NCBI RefSeq assembly: GCF_006345805.1
Contig: NC_043001.1
Coordinates: forward strand, 110,298,001 to 110,362,000
DNA: 64,000 bases
Origin: Octopus sinensis
Taxonomy: Eukaryota
Reading direction: 5' to 3'
Position 1 is the stretch's first letter. The number at the start of each line of letters is the position of its first letter. A program made the translations under genes and the position numbers. Shown here one piece after another: positions 11,611 through 24,020 of the stretch. The notes beneath the pieces were generated by a model, which worked only from the letters and a program-made list of their open reading frames with translations, made no database searches and was not told the DNA's origin.

Positions 11611-11789
11611 CATGTATGGTATTATATTGCCGATGTGTGTTTTTTTGTAAAATATGTGACCATGAAGATTTTTGACTGCTACTTCTAGCTCATAATGCAA
11701 CCGCATGAGGGGTTTACTCGTTAATTTGTTGTTTTGACGTTAATGGAAGTGGCGCTAGTGACACTTGCAGCCGCAGTAGCAGCAGCAGC

Positions 11790-12524
11790 CATATTAGTAG
11801 TAATATTAGTAGCAATAGTAGTAATAGTAGTAGTGGGAGTAGTGGTAGTGGTTGTGGTGGTGGTGGTGGTGGTGGTGGTATGATGGTGGTGTTTGGAACA
11901 GCTGCATTAATTATAGACATTGTAATAGGGTTGTGATGGCGGCAGTAGCGGTGGTGGTGGTGGTGGTGGCGGTGGTGGTGGTGGCAGTAGTGGTGGAGAC
12001 GACAGCTGCATCAGTAGCATTAGCAGTAGTATTATTATTATTATTATTATTAGTAGTAGTAGTAGTAATAGTAGTAGTAGTAGTGATGGTAGTGGTGGTG
12101 GTGATGGATGGTGGCTGCGGTTCTGGTAGTGGTAGTTGTGCCGGTGGTAAACAACAGCTGCAACGATAGTAGAAGTAGTAGCACTGATGGTGGTGGAGAA
12201 TGTGGTGGCAGCGGCGGTGGTGGAAGCGTTATAGGTATTGTTGTTGTTGTTGTTGGTAGTGATGCCTGTACAACAGCACCAGTAGTAGCAATGTCGGTGG
12301 TGGTAGTGGTGGTGGTGGTGGCGGTGGTGGTAGTGGTGATGCTGGTTGTGGTGATGGTGGTAGTGACGAGGGTGCTTGTTTCGGTGGATTTAGAGAAAGG
12401 GCTTTGGAGAAGCAACATTAGTAGTACTAGTAGTAGTATTGGTGGCGGTGGTGGCAGTAGTAGTGATAGTAGTAGTAATAGTAGTGGTGGTGGTGGTGGT
12501 GGTAGTAGTAGTAGTAGTAATAGC

Positions 12525-12555
<31 letters not shown>

Positions 12556-12960
12556 TTGGTGGCGGTGGTGGCAGTAGTAGTGATAGTAGTAGTAATAGTA
12601 GTAGTGGTAGTGGTGTTGGTGGTGGTGGTGGTGGTGGTGGTGGCAGTAGAAATAATAGTAATAACAGTAGTGGCGGTGTTGGTAGTGGTGGTGGTTGTCG
12701 TAGTGGTGAATGTGGTTGTAGTAGTGAAAGTGATGGTGGTGATGATGATGGTGGTAGTAATAATAGTAGTAGTACTGGTGGTGGCAGTAGTACTATTGGT
12801 GGAGGCAGTAGTAGTGGTTGTAGTAATAGTAGTAGTAGTGGTAGTAAGGTTGGTGCTGGTTGTAGTGATGGAATAGCACTTGTAGTGATGGTGGTAGTAA
12901 AGACTCGTAGTATTCGCGCTATTTGCATGAATGACATAGTAGAGGATACAGCAGCGCTAG
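11790..12960. repeat. large compound (AGT/GGT)n trinucleotide block
   Basis: Direct reading; it gives >300-codon Gly/Ser or Pro/Leu ORFs on both strands. Confidence 0.9.
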
Positions 12961-13506
12961 TGGTAGGGTTAGCATGCGGTGGACTGGGTATAGACGCTAG
13001 TGGTTGTTCACTTTTGAGCCCCAAAACAGCGTGATCGAGATCGACCCATCCCTGTGATTAAAGACATTCCATAAGTGGCAACCTCATAGTTTCCCTTATA
13101 TACCTTAAATCGAGGAACACATAATCGGACTTCTTTTAATCTTTTTATCGTTTACTTGTTCCAGTCATTAACATGCGGCCATGCTGGGGCACCCCGTTGA
13201 AGGATTTTTTGTCGTCTATACCTTAAAAGAAAATATTAATAAAATTTAAATTAAATTTTAAAAATGGAAACAAAAAAAAATGCTGTAGCATTTGTTATGA
13301 GGGGGAAAAAATGTTGTTTCGACTTCTATGATGCCGAACGACCACGTTGTGGTTCCGCCTGCGGTTATAGAGTTTCGTCGTAATTCTGGTGAAATAGTCA
13401 CAGAACTGCTTTAGTATAGCAACAGAGGTGAGGACAGCAGCGTCGCCGACGGCGGTTGCCACTCTGGTGATGGTTGTGGTGGTGTTGATGATGGTAGTAG
13501 TAGTAA

Positions 13507-13539
<33 letters not shown>

Positions 13540-13775
13540 CAGCAATAACGGTGGCGGTAGCGGTCGGTGCTGGTGATGAAGTGAAATAGCGACGGTGGTG
13601 TAGGTGGCGACAACGCTAATAAATGCTTGGCAATCTTATTGCTAACCTACAAAACGATGCAGGCATAGAAAGCGGGGGCGTTTACTGACACTACCACCAC
13701 CATCACCACTACCACCACTACCACTACCACTACAACCATCATCACTGCTACTGCGTTTGACTATTATGTACATAT

Positions 13776-13840
<65 letters not shown>

Positions 13841-13863
13841 TATATATACATATATATATACAT

Positions 13864-13935
<72 letters not shown>

Positions 13936-14001
13936 TACATATATATATACATACATATATATATATATATATATACATACATATAAACGCACACACACAC
14001 T

Positions 14002-14038
<37 letters not shown>

Positions 14039-15324
14039 GTAGGTACGTGTGTGTGTGCAGTCTACTAGTGTTTACCAACAAGTAGCAGAAGAGGAGGCGA
14101 GGAGCGAATCAATGGGATTCAGTAAGTTACTTCGGTGGTTAAAAAGCAGTTTCGTGTGTGTGTGTGTGTGAGTAGCAACAGGCTGAGAAAGGCATGGGAT
14201 GCTGTGTCTTGTTATTAATTTTCATTTTCTTTTACGCTGACAGCAGCAGCAGCAACAGCAACAGAATGAAATAGCAAGGTAATAGAAGCTTCACTACACA
14301 AGCAGTGACAGAAGAAGGAGGAGTGGAAGTGGTAGTGAAAGTAGGAGTAGTAAATAGTATTAGCAGTAACAGTCGCAGTAGCAGCGGAGCTTGGAGTCTA
14401 AAGCTGCTTGTTGTTCTTTACTTGTGGGCCAACCCCCTGATCAAAAAACATCCCAGTTATGGCCATCCAGTCGGTTTAAATTTATTTTGAAATGCTTTAA
14501 TGTAAATTTCTTAATGTGAGGAATACGAATAAATAATTTTAGCCTAGCAGATTTGATTTCTTATATTTTATGGCTTATCTCTAATTATTTAATTAGTTAA
14601 TTAATTATCCAATGTGTGCTTCCTTTCTTAAGACACAAGGGCGTTGATTTCAGAGAGATTAGGCGGCTACATCGAATTACGCGAACGACCCGCGTTAGAG
14701 ACTCCTCTCGTTGACTCGTGAAGTAGGTCACAATAGTTTGCGCTTAATGTACCTTCATTCAGCTCAATTAATCAATGGTTAACAAATCCGTTTCGCAACT
14801 ACGAGGTCTCCGCTTCGATCCTACTGCAGTACTTCAGGGAAAAGTAATTTTCTTTATTAGCCCGGACTGACTCGACTCGTGCGCTGTGATTAAAACAGGA
14901 CACACACAAAAACGATGCAGGACGCACCCGTCGGTTGGAGTGTTCGAGTTGTTCGAAAGGCACCGTCATGTCATGCATTGGTTAGCCCACATTTCTCTGT
15001 AGGGAGCATAGGACCGTTTTTCCCGGTTTCTCTCTCGCGTTTGTGTGTATATATATGTATACTTTCGGTGCGAATAGTTTTGTTATACGGTGCCGTGTTT
15101 TACAATCCTGTAAATAATAATAATGGTATTTATATAAGCTTAAAGCTTATAGCAATCACCACGCAATGACTAAGGAAAATAGTCTAATGAAAGGACATAT
15201 AAGCCATCGATAGAAAAAAAAAAGGTTTTCCTATCCGCGTGGTACTCGAACCCACAATCTTTTGATAACGCGACTAAGTGTGTTACATTTAACCCAGCCT
15301 CGTATATATAGATATATATGTACT

Positions 15325-15728
15325 TTTTGTCTTTTACTCTTTTACTTGTTTCAGTCATTTGACTGCGGCCATGCTGGAGTACAACCTTTAGTCGAGCAAA
15401 TCGGCACCAGGACTTATTCTTTGTAAGCCCAGTACTTATTGTATTGGTTCCGTTTGCCGAACCGTTAAGTTACGTGGATGAAATACACCAACATCGGTTT
15501 TCAAGCAATCTTGGGAGGAGGACAATCACAGACACACAACCACACACACACACATTTATATATACGACTGGCGTCTTTCAGTTTCCGTCTACCAAATTCA
15601 TTCACAAGGCTTGGGTCGGCCCGAGGCTATAGTAATAGACACTTGCTCAAGGTGCCACTTCAGTGGTACTAAAACCGGACCCATTTGGTTGGTAAGCAAG
15701 CTACTTACTACACAGTCACTCCTGCGCC
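15325..15728 (-). mobile_element. SINE family S2
   Basis: Full-length reverse match to 19564-19965. Confidence 0.85.
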
Positions 15729-15730
15729 TG

Positions 15731-15773
<43 letters not shown>

Positions 15774-16664
15774 GATCACTCATATTTACCAGTTGAGTGG
15801 ACTGTGTCACGCTTATTCTACAGGCACTCTGTCGGTTGCGACGAATAGTTTTCCTGTTGATCCAATCAACGAGACATCATGCTCGTGAAATTGACGTGCA
15901 ATTGGCTGAGCCCTACATAGACACGCGTACCCTTAATGCAGTTCCCATGGATATTTAGCGTGTCACAGAATGTGACAGGGCTGGTCCTTTAAATTACAGG
16001 TACGGAGTTTTTTTGTGAGGCTTCCAATTTCAGTCTCTTCAATTCGAATTGATTTCTCAGTCGGTGCAATGATGTAGTTTCATATGCTTATCAATGTCAG
16101 GAAATTCATTTTCGCTCTTGTGCTGGTGGCCGATTCCCCATACAAGCCTTTTGGGATCCTCCCATCCTGCATGCGTTGTACAAGCCCGAGCCAACGCAGA
16201 CACTGCTGATGGACTACTCCAAGATACTCAGAGTGTGCATACTGGGTATCTTGGAGTGGTTGAGGACATCCATGTTGGTGATGCGTTCGGATCCCTTGAT
16301 ATTCAAGATGCGTCTCAAATTCGGAAGGTGGAAGACATTGAGACGCTGCTTCCGTCTGGAGTAGAGGTTCCATATCTCACTGTGATAAAGCAGCGTACTA
16401 AGGACGCATGCCTTATAGACGGCAATGTTGGTGTTTGCAGCCAGTTTTCTGTTTCCCAAGACTCTCTTTGTGAGCCTGGCAAATGTGGAGGTTACTTGTT
16501 CAAATCGTTTACCGTTCTGAGAGTCCACGGAGATGTCATCAAAGATGGTAGAGCCAAGGTAAGTGAATTTATGGACTACTTCAAGCTTGAAACAGTTCTA
16601 TATTTAAGAGATTATTTACATTATTTACATTTGAAGGATATTTGTCCTCATCTTGTTTGTTGTT

Positions 16665-16710
16665 AACACAACATTTTGGCTGATATACCCTCCAGCCTTC
16701 ATCAGGTGTC
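16665..16710 (-). ncRNA. hammerhead motif family A (perfect stem II, G12>A, probably inactive)
   Basis: Reverse strand reads GACAC CTGATGA A GGCTG-GAGGGTATAT-CAGCC AAAA T GTT GTGTT. Confidence 0.6.
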
Positions 16711-16756
16711 TTGGGGAAATTTCGAACCTGAGTTTTCATTCCTAAGAAATTTTCCG

Positions 16757-16830
16757 GGCATATCGCATAGTGGTCAAGAGCGCTGGCTACTAAACCCAAG
16801 ACCCCGAGTTCGATTCCAGGCAGTGACATG
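16757..16830 (+). other. tRNA-like Pol III head (SINE head or tRNA pseudogene)
   Basis: A-box TCGCATAGTGG, B-box GAGTTCGATTCC, CT-ACT-AA loop. No convincing acceptor stem. Confidence 0.7.
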
Positions 16831-16968
16831 AATAATAATGATAGTAGTAGTAGTAGTAGTACTACTACTAGTAGTAGTAGTAATAATAATAATAATGATA
16901 ATGATGATGATGATGATATCATCGAAAAATACATTAAAAATGAGAACCCAGGTTCGAAATGTCCCCAA

Positions 16969-17014
16969 GGCACCTGAGGAATGCTAGAGGGTATATCAGC
17001 CGAAACGTTGTGTT
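16969..17014 (+). ncRNA. hammerhead motif family A (intact core, palindromic AACGTT helix III)
   Basis: GGCAC CTGAGGA A TGCTA..CAGCC GAAAC GTT GTGTT. Confidence 0.7.
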
Positions 17015-18074
17015 TAACAACTAACAAGATGAGGACAAATATCCGTCAAATGTAAATAATGTAAATAATGTAAATAATGTACTTCCAGCTTGTAGTGTTT
17101 GATGGTGGGGGTACTTGATACATTGGCCCAGTACGTTGGTTTTCTTGACAGGCCTTCGAGAGTTTGCCTACTAGGTGCTGCATTTGCCCTTGAGAATGCA
17201 CTGCCAGTGCTGCGTCGTCCGCTAACATTTCTCTGATGAAACTTGGCGCACCCTGGATATTGCTTTCGGCCTCGCGAGACTAAACAATTTAATGTCTGAT
17301 CTGGTATGAAGCTGAACACCATCAATTGATGTCCCAAATGCATGTCTCAGCATGACCGCGAAGAAGATATATTCACATACATAATACACACACACACGCA
17401 CATACATATACGACGGACTTCTTACGGTTTAGGCTACCAAATATACTCACAAAGCTTTGGTCGGTCCAAAGCTATAGTAGAAGACACTTGCCCAAGTTGC
17501 CAGGCAGTGGCACAAACCTGGGACCATGTGTTTGAGAAGCGGTCACCCTATCACACAGCCTCGCTTGCGCCTATACATAACAAAAATTAGTTAAAAGAAA
17601 TGATTCACATTGACTAATTGGCTATCTTTCTAAAGGACAGATAAATACAGGTATATCAAATACGATACAACTGAAACTTTTGATTACTTCATTTCTGTCT
17701 ATAGAGGAAGTGTTTCAAATCCCAGTTGGAAACTGCAGCCAACTTCATATGAGGATATAATTTCAAGAATGAAAATCGCTACAATGCTGACATTCCATTA
17801 AGAAAAATGAGAAGTTTATTGCCTAGTGATTAGAGCTTAGTTGTTGGTACGTGTTTCTGCCGTATTAGGTGTCATCAGTGCGACAGTTGTCCGAACTTAA
17901 CTCAAATAACCAAGGAGTTTGACATGTTCGAAACTTCGTAAAACACATTTATGTCGTAGGTAATTTGCATAATTTAAAGAAAAATACAGTAAGCGAAACA
18001 CTCCAGATTGGCCGGTAGCTGTACAGACAAATGCAAGTATATCAATTACTATTGAACAAAAATTCTTGCATTAA

Positions 18075-18282
18075 CCCATTAAGTCCCACTATCCTATAAA
18101 TAGGACATTAAATGAGAACATTAAATAAACTATATCACATTGTCTCAGTGTCCTAAGGCACCGAGTATTTCCATTTCTACTTGAAGTAATAATTATTTTT
18201 TTTTGTTTTCAACTTATTTTCAATCATCTGTAAAAATTTAAAAGTAATATTTAGAAATTTAAGTACTCTGGGACTTAATGGG
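18075..18282. mobile_element. piggyBac-type MITE (208 bp)
   Basis: Perfect 14-bp TIR CCCATTAAGTCCCA / TGGGACTTAATGGG, with TTAA on both sides (18071-18074, 18283-18286). Confidence 0.85.
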
Positions 18283-18599
18283 TTAATGGGATTATCTGAG
18301 ACTGCAAAATAAGTGTGTGTGTGTGTGTGTGTACTCTTTTCTTCTATTACTCTTTTATATGTTTCAGTTATTTGACTGCGGTCATGCCGGAGTACCGCCT
18401 TTGTTTGAATAAATAGACCCCAGAATTCATTCGTTGTAAGCCTAGTACTTATTCTATCATTCTCTTTTTCCGAAACGTTAAGTCACGGAGACGTATACAC
18501 AGCAATATCGGATGCCAGGCGATGGTGGGGGGGGGACAAACATAAACACACTAACAGACACACACATACACACACCCACACATATATAAAATATATGAA

Positions 18600-18760
18600 T
18601 CTTACAGAAAAGCAAAAGACGAAGACAAGTGTATAAACAACAAGCAGGTGTATTAGTTTGACGCTCGGGAAGGTGAGAAAGTTTTTTATGTTTCGGGCCT
18701 ACGCTCTTCAAGAGAAGGGAACACGAGGAAATAAGCCGACAGAGAATTAAAAAAAAAAAC
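18600..18760 (-). mobile_element. PLE-like repeat family B
   Basis: Homologous to 10495-10670 and 26113-26305. Confidence 0.55.
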
Positions 18761-19563
18761 CTCTGGGAGTTAGGGGTCAATCGTATATGTGTATATGTGC
18801 TCCAGCACAACCGCAGTTAAATGGCTGAAACAAGCAAAAGAATAAAAGAATATATATGCATTTACACATGCATTTATACATATGTACACATATGTACATG
18901 CTCACATGCGCAACCACAAACACATTTTTAACACTAAAATCAGAGCACGCTTACTTGAAATTTTATACTCGCCTTACTGTTAGGTTTTCATGCAGCAGGC
19001 GTCACTGTATATCATCTCCCCACCACCACCACCCTGTCATTCTGAAATATATTCACGTACGCGTGTGTGTGTACTCAGAAACACTCACACACACAACACA
19101 CACGCACGCGCACACACATACACGCGCGCACACATACACGCACAAAGGCAGAAAGAGGGAGAATAGAGACAGAGAGGGAAGGTGGAGGTGTGGAAGAGAC
19201 TATCAACATGGCCTGAATATTAAGGTTGTCAAAGGAAATTGTTCGGTTAAATGTGCCATTGACCCAATTTCGATTTCCCATTGTAATTTTCTTTTTCTTT
19301 TTACATCATAGCAGTCTCGTTACCCCTTCCCCCCCTAAAATACTTCAGGATGACCCTGTCCTTGAGAATGTAAACATGCTTCCTTGATAAATCAATTGTG
19401 TGGCGGCGTGTGTTTGTTGTCTGTTACCCTACTACAGGGCATTATTGCCTCTTTTCGGTGTCGTTGAAGTCAGATATAGTATTTTCCAAGGGGCACTTGA
19501 CGATAAGAAAAAACAGAAAAAATGGCAAGAAAACAGTAGAAAAAAAAAAGAAAAATGGATGAT

Positions 19564-19965
19564 GAGGCGCAGTGGTAAGTAGCTTGCTAACCAACCACAT
19601 GGTTCCGGGTTCAGTCCCACTGCGTGGCATCTTGGGCAAGTGTCTTCTGCTATAGCCCCGGGCTGACCAATGCCTTGTGAGTGGATTTGGTAGACGGAAA
19701 CTGAAAGAAGCCTGTCGTATATATGTACATATGTATATATATATATGTATGTGTGTGTGTGTTTGTGTGTCTGTGTTTGTCCCCCTAGCATTGCTTGACA
19801 ACCGATGCTGGTGTGTTTACGTCCCCGTCAATTAGCGATTTGGCAAAAGAGACCGATAGAATAAGTACTGGGCTTACAAAGAATAAGTCCCGGGGTCGAT
19901 TTGCTCGACTAAAGGCGGTGCTCCAGCATGATTACAGTCAAATGACTGAAACAAGTAAAGGAGTA
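19564..19965 (+). mobile_element. SINE family S2, full length
   Basis: tRNA-like head (GGTTCAGTCCC B-box), TGGGCAAGTGTCTTC core, internal TA/TG microsatellite, CAAGTAAA tail. Confidence 0.9.
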
Positions 19966-20349
19966 TGAGGGAAACGTAAGTATATGTTAAGTGTGTTTGT
20001 TTGTGTGCGTGTGCATGTGTGTGTTTATGTGTGTGCTTATGTGTATGTACAAGTGTGTGTGTGTTTGTGCGTGTCTGTATGCATGTGTTTATGTGTGTGC
20101 TTGTGTGTATGTGTGTATTTATGTGTGTTTCTTTGTGTGTATGTGTGTATGTATGTGTGTGTGTGTGTGGGGGTTCATGTGTGTAGTGTACATGTGTGTA
20201 TTTATGTGTGCGTGTGTATATATGTGTTCATGTGCGTGTGTGTTCATGTGTGTATGTGTATACGTGTGTATTTATGTATATGCGTGCTTGTGTGTGCTTG
20301 TGTGTGTGTGAGTGTGTGTGTGTATGTGTGTGTGTGTAGCGCATTGTTC

Positions 20350-20582
20350 AGTTACTTTATCTTTCATTTTTGTCATGTTTCCGTCACTAGACTGTGGTCA
20401 TGCTGGGGCACAATCCTGAGGAATTTTTGTCCATCGAATCCACCCCAGTGCTTTGAAAAAAGAAAATGCCCGGTTCTTATTCTGTCGATGTCTTTGGCTG
20501 AACCACTAATGATCCTGGGAGGAAAACGAACCAGCACCGGCTGTCAAGTGTAGTAGGGGACAAATACAGACACAAACACATG

Positions 20583-20633
<51 letters not shown>

Positions 20634-20790
20634 ATATGATGGGCTTCTTTCAGGTTTCGTCCACCACATCCAGTAACTAAGAGTTGGTCTGTCCGAGTCT
20701 ATAGCAGAAGACACTTGTCCAAGCTGCGAGCCAGTGGGACTGAACTCGGAACCGTATGATTGGGAAGCAAACATCTAACCACATTACCAC
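20350..20790 (-). mobile_element. SINE family S2
   Basis: Reverse match to S2. Confidence 0.75.
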
Positions 20791-20855
20791 CCCTGCACAA
20801 TGAATTGAATTTTCTCTTTATTGTTGACAATACAGTAATTATTTTGAGCATATTA

Positions 20856-21080
20856 CAGTAATCCCCCACCACGTCACGGTTCACCTATCGCGGTTTATTC
20901 TTTAAGCTAACGTCGATTCCTCTGTGGTGTTGTTTTTTCATTTATAATAAAATAAATATATACAAATTATAGAAATTATAAAATACAATATACAGTACAG
21001 TACTATTTCTACTTCGCAGATTTTTACTTATCACGGTGGGGTTTAGGAACGTAACACATGCTATATTTGAGGGACTACTG
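20856..21080. mobile_element. Tigger/pogo-like MITE
   Basis: Ends CAGTAATCCCC... and ...AGGGACTACTG, with TA on both sides. Confidence 0.6.
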
Positions 21081-21414
21081 TATATCGAACCAGGGAGTAT
21101 AATTTAGTTAGTTATCAATGCTAGCGCCCGTGCCTGTCACTGGGACTTTTGACATATGCATGAGGCCGCTCGCTGTGACGAGATACAAACTGAATTTAAT
21201 GAGCGTAATCGATTACGTGTTTGTTGCTTCTTTCTTGAGACGAGAACGATGAAAAAAATTAACAAAAGTCATTGCCTACGTAATTAACCGTGTCAGATGG
21301 TGGATTGGCAGAGAAGTTAGAGTTTCAGAAAAAAGGTATTTGTGGTTTATAGTCAGGCCCATTGTCTTCGGCGTCCAAAATTCTGCTTTCTAGCCGCTAG
21401 TGTCGATAAAGTAA

Positions 21415-22297
21415 TATTTTCTACTATAGGCACAATGCCTGAAATTTTGTGAGACGGAGTCAATTACATCGACCTCAGTGCTCAACTAGAACTTATTTTA
21501 CCGACCCCGAAAGGTAAAGACGACCTCGGCGGAATTTGAACTCAGGACGTAGCGACAGGCGAAATAGCGCTAAGCATTTCCGTCCAGCGCGCTAACGATT
21601 CTGCCAGCTCACTGCCTCAATTTTCTTTTAAATAATCCTTGCATATTTCTTTATTGCACACAAGGGGTTAAAATAGAGAGGACAAACAAGGACAGACAAA
21701 CGGATTAAGTCGATTTTATCGACCCCACAGCGTAACTGGTACTTATTTCATCGACCTCGAAAGGATGAAAGGCAAAGTCGACCTCGGCGAAATTTGAACT
21801 CAGCACGTAACGGCAGACGAAATACCGCAAAGCATTTCGCCCGGCGTGCTAACGTTTCTGCCAGCTCACCGTTTTAATTTAGTTTTCTTTTGAATAATCC
21901 TTTCTGATACAGACACAAGGCTTGACATTGTTGTAGAGGAGGGGACAAATCGATTACATCGACCCCATTACTCAACTGCTACTTAATTTATCGACCCCGA
22001 AAGGATGAAAGGCAAAGTCGACCTCGATAGAATTTCAACTCAGAACGTAGCGACGGGCGAAATACCTGTTTCTTTATTACCCACAAGGGGCTACACATAG
22101 AAGGGACAAACAAGGACAGACAAACGGAATAAGTCGGTTACATCGACCCCAGTGTGTAACTGGTACTTAATTTATCGATCCCGAAAGGATGAAAGGCAAA
22201 GTCGACCTCGGCGGAATTTGAACTCAGAATGTAGTGGCGTACGAAATACCGCAAAGCATTTCGCCCGGCATGCTAACGATTCTGCCAGCTTGCCGCC
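21415..22297 (-). mobile_element. cluster of S1 SINE units (about four bodies)
   Basis: Repeated reverse S1 bodies; AAACAG|GTATTT junction near 22063. Confidence 0.85.
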
Positions 22298-23184
22298 TTA
22301 ATTTTCTTTTGAATAATCTTTTCCACTATAGACACACGGTATTGACCAGGCGTCACGTTGTGTTCTTCGGCAAAGCACTCCATTTATGTTGTTCCAGTTC
22401 ACTCAGCTGGCAACAATGAGTGAGTAATCATACAACAAACTGGCGTCTCGTTAAGTGGGAAATGGGCCTTATGTATTCTTATATGATTCGGGAAGGAGCT
22501 ATCCTTAATCAATTACCGTGCCCGTTGACAATGACCACTTCAATACTTATGGGCGAACTTCTATCTAATTCAGAACTTCTATCTAAGCACAGTAATCAAC
22601 GAAGTCCCTTGATCATTCATTGTCTTGGTCTCTGTAAGATTGTTTGATATGAATTGGTTCTTTTGCAGCCACTGTGAAGGAACGTGAAATTCACGTAGTT
22701 AATATTCAACATGAACAACTGCAAAATGAGGCCCACATGACAAAGTTAAGAAATAAAATAGACACCGATGGAATTTCTAAAACTTAGCATTCTGAGAAGG
22801 GCTGGATGAAAGGGTTAGTGCAGGGCCTTAAGACGTGCGCGCAATATGCGCAATACATGTTACAAGAAAGGAAGAGCTGGTTCGGAAGTACTTGAGATGT
22901 GCCACTGAAACAGCCAACTCTGACAAGCAGAGGCTAGTGTTGCTGTGAAAGAAAAGTCTAAAGGAAGTTTTAATGTGTGAGGACCATATATTGGTGTACT
23001 GGTGAAGGGCTTTGTGCTAATTAGCTGGTTATCTGTTTTTGTCATTAGTTTAAGATATATGTCTGTGTTACTAGCAGCGTCTCAGATATGGAATGATACA
23101 CGCTTGTGGGTTTCATATAAGCACATTTGTTGGTGGAAAGAAACAAAAGGCCTAGTATTTGCATTGAAGTTTTTACTATAATGT

Positions 23185-23510
23185 GAAGGCGCGTGGCGTA
23201 GAGGTTAGGGTATTTGACTCACGATTGTAAATTCATGAGTTCAATTCCCGGTGATACATTGTGTTCTTGAGCAAGACACTTTATTTTACGTTGCTCCAGT
23301 CCACTCAGCTGGTAAAAATGAGTAGTACCTGTATTTCAAAGGACCAGCCTTGTCACACTCTGTGTCACGCAGAATTTCCTTGAGTACTACGTTAGGGAAC
23401 CACGTGTCTGTGGATTGCTCAGTCATTTGAATGTTAATTTCAGGAGCAGGCTGTTCCGTTGACCGGATCAGCTGGGACCCTCGTCGTCGTAAACGTCGGA
23501 GTGCTACTTT
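23185..23510 (+). mobile_element. SINE family S3 (tRNA head, TGTGTTCTTGAGCAAGACACTT core)
   Basis: GAAGGCGCGTGGCGTAGAGG A-box region and GAGTTCAATTCC B-box. Confidence 0.85.
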
Positions 23511-24020
23511 TAGTATAATGATGTTGCATGAACGGCGGGATCTCATTGATGGGGAATTGTAAATTTTTTTTCAAGACAATGGGAAATTCTAGTTGTGTGT
23601 TGTTCATACTTGGATTACATGTTGTTTGATTTTGTCGGAAATGTGTTTCTCTGATGTCCAAGGAAACTTTATTCGTATTGTGTTGTTTCGAGATTACTGT
23701 TCAGGAAATTTAATAAAATTGATAGAATCCGGTGATGAATATATGTAGATGTCACCTTAGAACGAAAAGTGAAAGAGGACTGAAGGGTTGTATCAGCTCC
23801 CTAATTGTGGTTAACCTTGGAGGTGACAGAAACCGAGAATGACATTTGATTTACTAGGCTCTCAAGATTTCAAACAGAAAATATAATCTAATACGGATCT
23901 TTATTCACACATCATAAGATAGGCAGTACGTGGTACTACATTTTATTCATGGACAAATAATTTATCATTACATTGCATGTGACGATTAGCTTTACAGTAG
24001 ATAATAACTAGTAAAAGAAC

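Larger units (their letters stand above)
16590..17079. mobile_element. composite insertion: inverted PLE repeat A + tRNA-like head + microsatellite + PLE repeat A
   Basis: Flanked by a 13-bp duplication TACTTC(A/C)AGCTTG at 16577-16589 and 17080-17092. Confidence 0.8.
16120..17345 (-). mobile_element. RTE-clade LINE RT fragment, split by an insertion at 16590-17079
   Basis: Translations include LHTRSD..LF.LAR, LADDAALA (RT catalytic region), KFTYLGSTI, STFARLTKRV, AVYKACVLSTLLY and LRWLG...MQDGRIPK, with frameshifts. Confidence 0.9.

Noticed and set aside
14061-14121. Possible 61-nt plus-strand exon (CAG|...[20 protein letters not shown]...|GTAAGT)
   Set aside because: The acceptor is preceded by (TG)n rather than a pyrimidine tract, and there is no partner exon or homology.
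16757-16830. Functional tRNA-Ser(ACT) gene
   Set aside because: A and B boxes are present, but the acceptor and anticodon stems do not pair properly; treated as a SINE-type head.
21118-21145. CTAG next to a CCCGTG...CACTGGG hairpin (possible Helitron 3' end, minus strand)
   Set aside because: Hairpin-to-CTAG spacing is only 2 nt, the following base is not T, and no 5' terminus was found.
22668-22790. Short frame ATVKEREIHVVNIQHEQLQNEAHMTKLRNKID after a TTTTGCAG acceptor
   Set aside because: About 40 codons with no recognisable homolog and no good donor; not distinguishable from chance.
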